The translations under genes and the position numbers were made by a program. A stretch of 34,595 bases of DNA from Klebsormidium nitens. Taxonomy: Eukaryota; Plantae; Klebsormidiophyceae. Positions 11,901 through 22,200 of the stretch are shown one piece after another. Position 1 is the stretch's first letter; each line of letters starts with the position of its first letter. The stretch is taken from positions 152,200 through 186,794 of the forward strand of contig DF237073.1 in NCBI GenBank assembly GCA_000708835.1. The letters are read 5' to 3'. The notes below the pieces were generated by a model. That model was not told the DNA's origin, made no database searches, and worked only from the letters and a program-made list of their open reading frames with translations.

Positions 11901-14900
11901 GGGTTCGGTGAAAGGAAAGGGACGCAAGAGCAGAGGGAATGTGAGTCATTGAATAGACGGGCGCAAACAAGCGCAGAGTCGCATGGGGGAGGGCAAAGCA
12001 AGGCGGTGGACGCAGACCAGCATAATGCAACAGGCATTTCCGAAAGAGCGACAGATGGAGATTGCCGAAGCAAACGATGGCTGCAACCATCGTTTCGACG
12101 GCATTGAGCACGCTCTATGATAAACCCCGTTCTTGTCCAGGCGTTTCGATGCTCACCTCTGCTGCTGCCTTCTCCTCGGATATGGCACTCTGCAAACACG
12201 CAAAGAGAAAGAGTGAGTAACTCAGGGCGGGTTTCAAATCTTAGAAGGCTTGGGCGCTGGGAAAGCTGGAAGCAACCTTCGCACAGAAACAGCACGCGTA
12301 CTGCCAGCCTGATAAGAAAGCGAGAAGCAAAGGAAACGGTCGCCTTTTTCTGGACACACTTTGTGCTCAATCTTTTGGACTGAAGGGGTTCCTCCGTGCT
12401 CCTCAATGCTGCTCACACGGAAACCTCCACTCAGAACACACCGCGCCCTCTCTTTCAGTCACATCCACTTTCAGAAACGAAAGTAATCAAAAACTCTTTA
12501 CCAAAGATCACTTGCAGCCCATACAACCCCAACGCCTAGGCCGACCAACTTTTCCAGTCTCAAAGGCCAAAAACTTTTAAACCAGAATCCCCAGATCCAG
12601 CACCTTGCGCATGGTGGAATGGTACACATTTTCAAAGCAATAGTACATTCAAGAACACCACGACCTCAACCCACTGACAAGCCAGAAGCTGATGAAACCC
12701 CGAATTCCATAAACCATCTGGCACCTTGCGCATGGTGGGGTGGTACGTGTTCCCCGCCAGCTCCCGCGTGCGCTCCACTTGATCCTCCACCTTCTTCTTC
12801 TCCCGCGCAAACATCTCGGCCAACTCCCGACGCTCCTGCTCCGCTTTCCCCATCTGAGTCCGCATCGCCTCGTCAAAGCTGGCCTGCTTCTGCGGAAGGG
12901 GCTTCTTCGCAGCCACAACTTCTTTCTGAGGGGGTGCGACTGCGACTGCTTTTCGGGGGGGTGCGACCGCGACTTCTTTCTGGGGGGGTGCGGGAGCTGC
13001 CTCCCTGGGGGGAGGGGGAGGCGGGGGGGGGCCTGCCCCGGGGGGCGGTCCTAAAGGCGAAGGGGATGGTATTCGTTCTGAGGGTCCTGTCTCGAACGGT
13101 TGAGGAGATTGTTTCTCTGGTACGTTGACTCCGAGCGAAGGAGCAGTTCTCTTCTCAGGCTGTGTGACAGCTGGCGCGGATGATGACATTTTTCGCTCCG
13201 ACTGTGCAGTATTTGGAAGGGAGGGGGACGGTTTATGCTCTGCCTGCGTGTTCGCCACGGCAGATGGAGAGGGTTTGCGATCTGCCTGTGCGTCTCCCAG
13301 AGGAGAAGGGGATGCTTTCCGTTCCGGCGGAGGCACTGTTAAGCGGGACGGAGACGGCTTCCGGTCCGTTCCGTCTGCCCCCTGGACGGAACCCCCGGGG
13401 GGCATCCCCAGCGGGGAGCGCGGCCGGTGGGATCCCTTTGCCACGTGGGCGATCTCGGCGGAGGGCTTCCTTGCCTCCAACAATGACGCACCCTTCGGAG
13501 CAGCATCGGTTCCGCTGCTCGAAGCCAAACCCTCCCCATCCTCCGCCTTCTGCACAGAAACCCCTGCCTCCCAGCCAGCCAGATTCACCCCCCCAGAAAG
13601 CATCTGCGCCGGTTCTTCGCTGAAGCGGGTCGCCGCAGGCAGCCAGTCGTCGGCCGGGGCGCCCGGTGACTCCTGGAAGTCGCGCTCTTCGAGGCGGCGC
13701 AGCTCGTCTTTGACGCGGAGAAGCTCCTCCTTCTTGACCTCCCCGTGTTGCTGCCGGTAACGCTTGGTGAGGAAGTCGCCGCCGGGAAGGTCCGCGTAGG
13801 CGCCGCTTCCGGCACCCTCCGGCTGCAAGATGTCAATGGGCAATGCTCAATAAATGAGGTGCAATGTTGTTTCGTGGCTCTCGAGATCTCGATTGGGGGC
13901 TAATGAAGCAGACTGAATATGGTACCTCATCTTGAAAGGTCGAAAGGCCCAAAAGCTCCATGAAGATTTTCTTCGGTCGAAGGTCATGGTAGCCTGCTAA
14001 AGTACCAGTGGGCAAGGCTGGCGATGGACAGAAATGTAGAACAAAACTTCTACGATGGATCCGACAGATTACCAAGGTATCAGACCCAGCCAGAGGGGCA
14101 AAAGGAGCCTCTTTGAGTCTGTAAAACATAGCGAGCGCGTCTCTGTTTTACTTACGGTGCCGTGCGGCGACTCCTGGAAGTATCGCACGTGCACCAGGGG
14201 GTCCGCCCACTTGACCTTGGTCGGCCGGAACGCTTCATCGTTCTCCTCATACGAAGGGCCGTTGCTCCGGAACGTCGACGTCATCCCGCTCAAGATTTTC
14301 TGCAAAGGATTGTCCTCCATGGGGGGGACCGCCGGCCGTTTTCCAGACCCCTGTTTCTGAATCTCCGGCTTTTTGGGGGGTGCTCCGGGGGCCCCGGATT
14401 TTGGCGTGTCCGGTCGTTTTGGGGGGGCAGCGCCGGCGCCTTTGAAGGAGTCACTCTTTTTCAATGAATCGTTCCTGGTTAGAGGGTCGCTCTTCTTGAA
14501 GGAATCGCTCTTCTTCAGAGAGTCGCTCTTCTGCAGAGCTCCAGTCTTGTCCAAGGAAGAGCTCTTGACCAAACTGTCGCCTTTCTTCAACAAATCGCTC
14601 TTCTGCAACGCCTCGCTCTTCTTCAAGGGGTCACTCTTCTTCAGCGAGTCGCTCTTCTTCAACAGATCGCCCTTCTTGAGGGCATCACCATCCTTCACCG
14701 CCCCACCCTCCGGTCTCCCCGACCCCGACCCCTGTTTCGTCAGCACCTTCTGCGCCCCCCCTTTTATCGGCCGCTCGTCTTCGCTGCTGCTCGTTTCGCT
14801 GTCGCTGCTGTCGCTCGCACTCTCCAGCACCGGCTCTTTCCGTTTTGGGGGGGGAGGCGCGTCCAGGCCCCTCAGCAGCTCCGCCTTTTGCTCCCGCTCC

Positions 14901-17644
14901 GTCAGCTTGGGGCCCGCCTTCTTCTTCACTGTCACCCCCCCCTTCGCGTCAGGCTTTTTCAACCCTAGCTTCTTTTGCACAATGCCGCCCAAACCCGGCT
15001 CTGATCCCTTTGCGAGCGCTGGCCGCTTTCCCTGAACATCTTCCGGCTTATGTGTCTTCACCGGTCGTTCCAAATCCTTCTCAGGCGCCGGGGGCTTCGC
15101 CTTGGTGTCTCCCGGCTTTTGGATCTTCAGCGGTCGTTCCGGAACCCCCTTGCTCGGCTCCTTCTTCAGCCGGTCTACATCCCCGACAAATTTCAAAGGC
15201 CTCGCCCCTTCCCCGACCTTTTGAACTTTCGCAGGCCGCTCGGTCTCCCCCACCTTCTGTGCACCCCCGGCAGTCCCGCTACTTCCCTTCGGCACCACCC
15301 GCTCTTCCGCCGGCCTCTTCCCCAAAACGCTCCCCTCCTTTTCTCTCGCACGCAGCCCCAACGCGACCTTCTTCGCAAGATCCGCGTCCAAACTCGTCCT
15401 CGCCTTCGCTTCTTTCACTTCTGACGGAGACCCCTTCTTTCCAAGAAGCGCTCGCCTCTCTTCCAGGAGCTTTTCATATACTTGCTTCGAGTCCTTCCCT
15501 TCCTTCCCTTCTTTACTGACCGGACGCGCACTGGCCCCCTCTTCTCGTACCTTTGTCAGCAACTTCGGTTTCTTTTCCACTTTCTCCCCCCCTTCCACCG
15601 TCGTCTTCCCCAGCTTGGGAGGCTGGCTCAGCCCCACACCCTTCGCCCCGTCCTCTACTTTGACTGACGCACTCCCCCCCTCCTTCGCGTTGCCTTCGGC
15701 AACCCCCCCACTGGCCGGCTTTACTCTGGCCTCGCCCCCGGAACCGCTCGCGCCGACTTTCGACTTCGCGGGATCACCCAATGGGCGCGCAACTTTCTTA
15801 GCGGGTTTTATCGTTGCCAGGGGGGTGTCGGAGTCACCGCTGTCACTGTCCGAGGCGTAGCGCTTGGCCTTGCCGCTGGCCTTGTAGTTGGACGGCCGCA
15901 GGACGCCCTCTGCGGGACGGGCCGCGGCAGGATCGGACGGCGCTTGAGACGGGGGCGGTTCGGGGGCCCCCGGAGCGGGAGGGGGAAGGTACTGGTTGTT
16001 GAAAAGCAGTTCCGCTGCAAGCAAGGGTCTAGGCTTGAGACTGACCTTCTCCTATAAATTCTAAACTCTGGTAGTGCCGGCACTTTGCAGGTAGTTCCTT
16101 ATGTGTCTTTCTGGTATAAGCCCGTGGCCTTTGTCTTGCGCGCTCACTTGCAACACCCCTCAATGCAGGGAGACCTGTGAGCAAATGTTTGGTCACACCC
16201 CCTGACCTCGTGTACTCTAGTCGTGAACCTTTTTTCGAGATCTTACGCTTGAGGCAAAGCCTCTCTCAGGCAGGAAAGAGCAGCTTGCAGAAGACCACTG
16301 CATAACGAACCCATCATGTCACCTCAAAGTCCCTCCTCCTTTGCCTCGACGCGTATGGAAGACCGCAGAACCTATCAGACGAGCTTCAGTTGGCCTCCCC
16401 CTCACCTGACAGCGTTCTGAGCACCCCGGTGAGGCTGTTGACCAGCAGTCCCGGGCTGGCGCAGTAGGAGCTGTTGAACCAGTGCTCGCAGCCCGCCACC
16501 TCTGCCGTTGACGGATCGCGGCAGCGGGGGTGCCGGCCTGTGCAGACCATGTTCACCTTGCGGATGATGGTTTGCTGCACACCCAATAAAAAGAATCCTG
16601 ACTCTATCGTCGAAAGGCGGCTCGGATTGGCAACAGCCAGAGGGCTAGAGCTAGGCCAGGCACTGCTTATCCAGCTGGCGCTTGCGTGCCACTGTTTTCC
16701 CCACCGCAAGCTCGTCTAACAGGGCTTATTAGCCCACGAAGTCACCCCAGACAGACTGTTTCGTAAGTCGGTCTAGTCTTTCTTTGACGGATGTCGGCAA
16801 TTTGAAGTTCCCACCTCTGAAAGTGAGAGGCTCAAAGTGACCCAGACCTGCTCGAGTAGTGCCGAAAAGGTGACAGAGTGACCGTTCGGCAATATCTGCC
16901 ATTTGAACATGATGCAGGGGCATGTCAGCGCGAAGAAGTAATCCTTACGCAAGCGGCCCCCATAACCCGGTTTCTGCAAGGGCACAGCTTCTCCAACTGC
17001 AGCACCCTATTGCTTTGGCCTCCCAGGATCTTGACACAAAGGACAATAAACCTCTGCCAAGTGGCAGGCAGACATCCAGTGGATGCTTAAATGGGAAATC
17101 TCAACATGAAGGCAAGCATTCAAAAAGGTGCACCTTCATGCAGTATGCAAAAGACCTCCGCGTCGCGACAGGTGGCGCTCACCAGCTCGTTCTCGTCCTC
17201 AACCCCGCTCATATCGCTTTGCCGCTCATTGTACGAGATGAACACCTGCTTCTCCTTGTGCGCCCGCTTGTGCAGCGGCAGCTCCCGCAACGCGCGCCGC
17301 CATTCTCGCAGCCCCTGCGCGTCCGCGCTGACATCAGCGTTTGGCCGGAAGAACCAGCGCACGTTGCACCACTGCTGCGTGCCCGGCCCCTCGTCCCACA
17401 AGTCCACCAGTTTGCCAATAAAATGGGGCACGTTCTCGTCGTTGCTGTCGAGCAGGCACACGTCGCCCAGCTTGAACGTGTCCCCCAGGCGCACAAAGCT
17501 CTTGAAGTGGCGGAAAGTGGTCGACCCATCGCGCCGCTCGTGGCGGAGCTCCCCCCAGGGGAACATCACGATTGCCGGTGCTTCGTCTTCATCTTCAGAA
17601 TCCTCGTCCTCTTGGTGATCAGGGTCCAGTATGTCGAGAGCCAT
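8937..17644 (-). CDS. ASI1: ANTI-SILENCING 1 (ASI1/IBM2/SG1)-like BAH + RRM protein, ~1420 aa; exons 17644-17183, 16574-16406, 16014-14156, 13822-12725, 12189-12157, 11835-11743, 10965-10793, 10345-10243, 9708-9525, 9468-9406, 8968-8937 (alternative last exon 8924-8881)
   Basis: N-terminal BAH domain (FPWGELR...FKSFVRLGDTFKLGDVCLL...HFIGKLVDLWDE...CNVRWFFRP...|QTIIRKVNMVCTGRHPRCRDPS). C-terminal RRM-like region (RVLQLDNLAPGSSPRQLL|RSLAGVF...ALAIFDMRESAAAAALKL...GDPPR|PVLG) and AHASQPNTVEFEFGAEWRLLQ, resembling the recalled ASI1 C-terminal motif SHCSQPNTIEYDMAMEW. All 10 introns are GT-AG with continuous phases (0,1,0,0,0,0,2,0,1,1); total 4269 nt = 1423 codons. Orthology rests on motif recall and domain order. 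Confidence 0.8.
9150..9580 (-). repeat. Four tandem ~120-bp units of an exon end plus intron: two coding, two decayed
   Basis: The core CGCTCCTCCTGGTAC (or a variant) starts at 9175, 9301, 9423 and 9542, with spacings 126, 122 and 119. Confidence 0.85.
9644..9960 (-). repeat. Degenerate ~155-bp tandem duplication across an ASI1-like acceptor junction
   Basis: A 19-nt identity TCCGCGCCGAACTCGAACT occurs at 9644 and 9799, and GTGACGTCAGC at 9721 and 9875. A third partial copy CTGCGATGCATGCGCCACC lies near 9940. Confidence 0.8.
10925..11260 (-). repeat. Three degenerate ~140-bp tandem units across an ASI1-like acceptor junction
   Basis: CCAGGCT(C/T)CGC occurs at 10956, 11089 and 11238, each preceded by GTC(T/G)TCCAGC; intronic GTTGGGCA is shared between units. 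Confidence 0.8.
13054..13372 (-). repeat. Coding ~14-aa (42-bp) degenerate tandem repeat, RKPSPS-type, ~7-8 units
   Basis: RKPSPSRLTVPPPE / RKASPSPLGDAQAD / RKPSPSAVANTQAE / HKPSPSLPNTAQSE / RKMSSSAPAVTQPE ... RIPSPSP in the ASI1-like exon 4 translation. Confidence 0.75.
14441..14692 (-). repeat. Coding 18-bp (hexapeptide KKSDSL-type) tandem repeat, ~14 units
   Basis: Translation reads GDAL KKGDLL KKSDSL KKSDPL KKSEAL QKSDLL KKGDSL VKSSSL DKTGAL QKSDSL KKSDSF KKSDPL TRNDSL KKSDSF. Confidence 0.9.
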
Positions 17645-18651
17645 TGTCGCTGCACGGCTAACCGGTCCGAAACAAGGAATCTGCATGAAATGTTTGGAAT
17701 ATTGGCCAAGGCTGGGAATGAAGATCTCTGTGCATAGATGTTTTTGAGTCGCCTTGGCTCTCTGTGTTTAGCTCCTACATCTTGCCTCGCAGCAAAGGTT
17801 GAAAGGCGTGCTGGGAGCGGCGTTGCAACTCAGTATGCTTCACGAGTCACTTTTCTTTGTCCGCTGCAAACTAATCCTGACCACTTTGCACACTGCTTTG
17901 CTTTGAGTCATCTTGTGGGCCCTTCAACCAGAAAGTAGCCTTCATTGACTGTTACTTTGATTGCTGCAGTCTTGAAAGCAACTTCTGCCACAAGTATTGA
18001 GGAAGCGAGCACTGCTGAGAAGTTGATGTGTTGGAAAGCATGTTGAAGATTCTTAAACCTTGATATCGAACTGGAAAGAATGGAAATATCTTGGACCCTT
18101 TATCTGAGCCTCTCTCAGCTCACCCAAACTAAGGCTGAGATTAATCACAATTGGCTGTCCGCCGCCTGCTGTTCACCGCCCCCATCACACCATGAACTGA
18201 GCCTTTCAAGCATTTCCTGACGAAAGGACTTATTCGGGGCTGGTCGCAACAGCACGCGTTTGGGTGGACGCGCTTCCACTTGCTGTCATCCGTCGAAAAT
18301 GCTGCAAACCCCATGGCCAGGCAACCTATGTGGAGGAGGGAAAACAGGAGGTCACGCCTCACCTCTTACTGCATGTCCTGGTGACACCACCTGCCTCCAC
18401 CTGGGGCCCAAAGTTGCTAACGAGCAATGTGGAGAAGTAATGTCGCCCCCCACTCTTCAGCTTGACAGATACCTTTCCTGCAGAATACCGGTATGTAACA
18501 CCCGGGACATCATGATGCAGGCAAAGGATGATTCTTTGCATATCGGGACGCCAAGGCGCTAGCTACGGTATGCTCAGCTTGCTCTCCAGTCCTGATCAAA
18601 GTGAGACTCAGAGCTGCTGCCACTGGCCAGACAAAGCAAAGTGGCGGGAAT

Positions 18652-18832
18652 TTTAGGGTTTAGGGTCAACTTGAAGGCCCTAAAGCATTCTTGCAACGAA
18701 CGGTTCGGATCGGTCTGACGGCCAGAGTTGGACGGTGCACAAGCCTTGTGAGAGGGTTTGCGCTGGTACTCGCGCGGTCTCGTTTCGCGTGGTGAGCAGG
18801 CGACAGTTGGGCTGAGTTGGGCTGAGTTGAGC
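18652..18832. promoter_or_regulatory. Telo-box (TTTAGGG x2, 18652-18665) and two site-II-like TGGGCT motifs (18808, 18818) between the divergent ASI1-like and kinesin genes
   Basis: Both motifs are seen directly. The telo-box plus site II combination is an established land-plant promoter module; function here is inferred. Confidence 0.4.
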
Positions 18833-19275
18833 ATGAGAATACGCTCGATCAGCAAGAAGACTTAGAAGTGCTACGGTCACGGGGAGCAATTTGATGAGGA
18901 AAGAATGAAGGGGGACCGACGAAATGGTGGACAATGCGCCTTGTATTCCACTCGTGACATGAGCAATCTGTGTTGCTGGGCAGCCACTAGTCCTACTGTA
19001 GTCATACATACCAGCTGTTCAGATCTTCAAAGAACGTTTTTTTGCGAAACAATAGCTAAATGGTTGCCCTGACTTCCTGATTGCATCAGCTCGTGCATGT
19101 GGGTTTCCAAGGAGCTCGCAAAGGCCAGCATTGAACTAAGCAAATCAATAGGAAGCTGGCTACAAGCTAACGAGGGTGATCCAGTGAGCTGCCAGCTCAG
19201 CAAACCCGAAGCAATTGTGCATACTATGTATCCAGGAACGCTGAGGGCCGGCCAGAGTACCGTCACTACAAAAAG

Positions 19276-22200
19276 ATGGAGTCCAGTCCTCCCCTAATGA
19301 ACGAGAACGAAGGCTCCCAGCTCACTGCTTCAGAACAGGAGCACGCTGCCAGTAGGTCCAATGCTGCAGGAGCTGGCTCTCCCTCTGACAATCAAACAAA
19401 CGGTGCCTCTAATGTAGCGAGTATGGCAAAGGCAAGCGAGCCACATGACGACAGCCAGGGCTCAGCAGCTGACAAGCGCAGCTCAGACTTTGTCCTGGAG
19501 CCACTGAAAGTCAGCCCCAGCTCAGAGGACTTGTTCAACACCGGGGAGCTCTCTGAAAATTTCCAGACCAGGGGGGTGCGCGTGGTGGTGCGATGCCGCC
19601 CCCTGCTAGCACACGAAAGGGACCATGAGCAGCAGTGCATGACCCTGGATAAGGAGTCCAAGAGCGTCACTCTTCAGAGGTGAGATTGAGCGTGCACAGT
19701 CATCAGTGTTCGTTGCAACGAGATCTGATTTCAGCTGACACCAATGCTGGCACACAAGGTGCACGAATCTAAACTAATGGGGACAGCATTGCATGAAGTC
19801 ACAGTGGTGGTGGTTAATCAGAGGATGATACTTTCCTACGGAGTCTTTTAACTATGACTACCAATTTGCTGTGATATTGACTACCACCACTCTCAGTTGC
19901 CCCTATTGAGCTTTCAGACCCAAAATATAGTGTGGTGCCTTTACGGCAGTCTTATATACTTCTTCTAAACAATGCTGCACTTTTGTTGCAACAGTAAGAA
20001 CATCGACGAGCGCATGCGCCACTTCTTCTTCGACGAAGTCCTCGATGAAGGGTGCAGCCAGCAGGAGGCCTTTGCGCGGGTGCAGATGGGCCCCATGGTG
20101 GAGTCGGTGCTGGCAGGCTACCATGCCACCGTCTTCTGCTACGGCCAGACGGGCTCAGGTGTGGTTAACGCTCTTTTCTGTTCAAGGGTGCTTGTATACG
20201 CGGGACGGAAACTGAACATTGTTGAACACGTCTCTGTAGTTGTACCTGGGAAAAAGTTCTATGTCTGACTTACTCGCGCACAGTCAAAACTACTGCCTAC
20301 CGAGGAATTTTTCAAAGCGAAACTTTGAACCGTTTGCTCTGCAGGCAGGATGCAAAATTGACGTCCTCACATTCGCTTTACCATTCTCGGCTTCAGCAGT
20401 CCGCCTCAGACTCCCCATATCTCCCAATAGTCAAACCCGCCCTTTAATGCTGCCTGTGCAGGCAAGACGCACACGATGGAAGGGTTCACCTACCGTGCCT
20501 CTCGGGGAGCGGCCTCCCCGAAGGCACAGCTCGACACGGACCCAGAACAGCTGGGGCTGATTGCGCGCTCCATCTCGCTCCTGTTTGAGAGCATCAAGCG
20601 CAAGAAGAAAGCGGAGCCGCACGTGACCGTCAACGTCAAGTGCTCCATGGTACAGATCTACAAGGAACAGGTTAGGCTGCACTTGCCCAATCAGTGCTTA
20701 AAGTCTTCTCAGGTACCTGCCTCAAGAGGACAGGCCATCAAAATCTTGCATGCCAGAGAGTTGCCACGACAAGTGCCACGACAAGCTTCGGATACGCTCC
20801 TATTGGCCCCTTTGTGTGCTACGAATCAGCACCGACCATACTCACTTCAGCCAGGCGACCTGGCCAATCCCAGGACGTGATGCCTGGCCGGACAACAGAC
20901 GAGAACACGACAGATCAAGGAATCACTATCAGAATCTTGCAACCAAACTTCCGACCATCTAAATCTTGCTCCCCCCGCTTGCTCCCCCCGGGCTGACGTG
21001 CACTTCAGTTAAATCCAGGGATTATAACCCTCCCCTGCACCCCCCACAACCCCTCCCCCATACCAAACCCCGCTCTCCCACGACCCCACTCTCGGATACT
21101 ACGTTGGCTGTAACCTGATAGAGGAGGCCCCCCTCGCCAGGTGTACGACCTGCTGAACCCCACTCTGATGGACCCCAGCAGCACCCCCTTCTCGACCACC
21201 AGCTTCGGGCGGCCCCTTGCGCGCCCCCCGCAGCAGGTGCTCAAGGTGCGCTGGAACCGGCGGCGCGAATTCTACCTGGAGAACGTGTTCGAGTTCCAGT
21301 GCGCCACAGCGGACGAGGCGATCGATCACTTCCGCTTCGGGGTCAACAACAAGGTGGGGGAGGATTTGGTCTTTTGAGTTCTGTTGTTCAAGTCTTTATC
21401 CATTTTGTTCTGTCCACAAAGATAAAGGAAACTCGACGTTGGTTCGAGTGCGGCGCGGTCAATCTCGGTCACTTTGGCTTCGGGGTCAACAATAGGGTGC
21501 GGAAGAGGGTGGTATCTTGTTCAAAGTCGGGTCTGTAGTCAACTTGTTCCATTCTCTTGATTGTAGTCAAAGGTTCACGTAAATATGATGTATGTTTAAC
21601 AGAACGCGTTGACGAGGCGCTCGAGCGCTTCTGCTCCGAGAAACAACTCGGTTGGAGGGCCTTTTGGGGTTTCGGGCCACAAAAAGTTTACTGTAAAGTC
21701 AGCGGCTGTGCTGCCGAAGCCTCTGCTCCAATCTGCCTCGTGGTTGGAGGCGGTGAAGCTAAACTAAGCTTTTGAAGACCTTGACATTAGCTGCAACGTT
21801 GCCTCACGACTTTATGTGAGCTCTTGTCTTGTCGGGTCAGTGCCTGACACGTGTCACCTTTCCAGACAATGGCGAGTCACAAGATGAACATGGCCTCCAG
21901 CCGATCCCACTCGCTCTTCACGGTCATCGTGGAGACTGCCCCAGCCTCTGCGCCAGAAGACGCCATTGTCAGGTAAGTGATCACGCAATCTCCTCCTTCA
22001 AACCCACGATACAGCGGTTTCAGGCCCAAACGCGGCGTAGTATGTTTCAAAGATGCGACTGCCGAACATATCTGACATAAGAAGAACTGTGCCTGTTACG
22101 AGGCTGGCGGCCCGCTCACAGTCAGACGAAACCGAATTTGATTCATGATGACCTTCACCTTAGAACATCTGACTAAGTCCGTTGCGCTACATCAAGCGGT

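Noticed and set aside
12619-16083. Antisense ORFs over the ASI1-like large exons (13125-13760, 14373-15035, 14845-15519)
   Set aside because: They mirror the repetitive minus-strand coding frame and have no independent start, splice or domain support.
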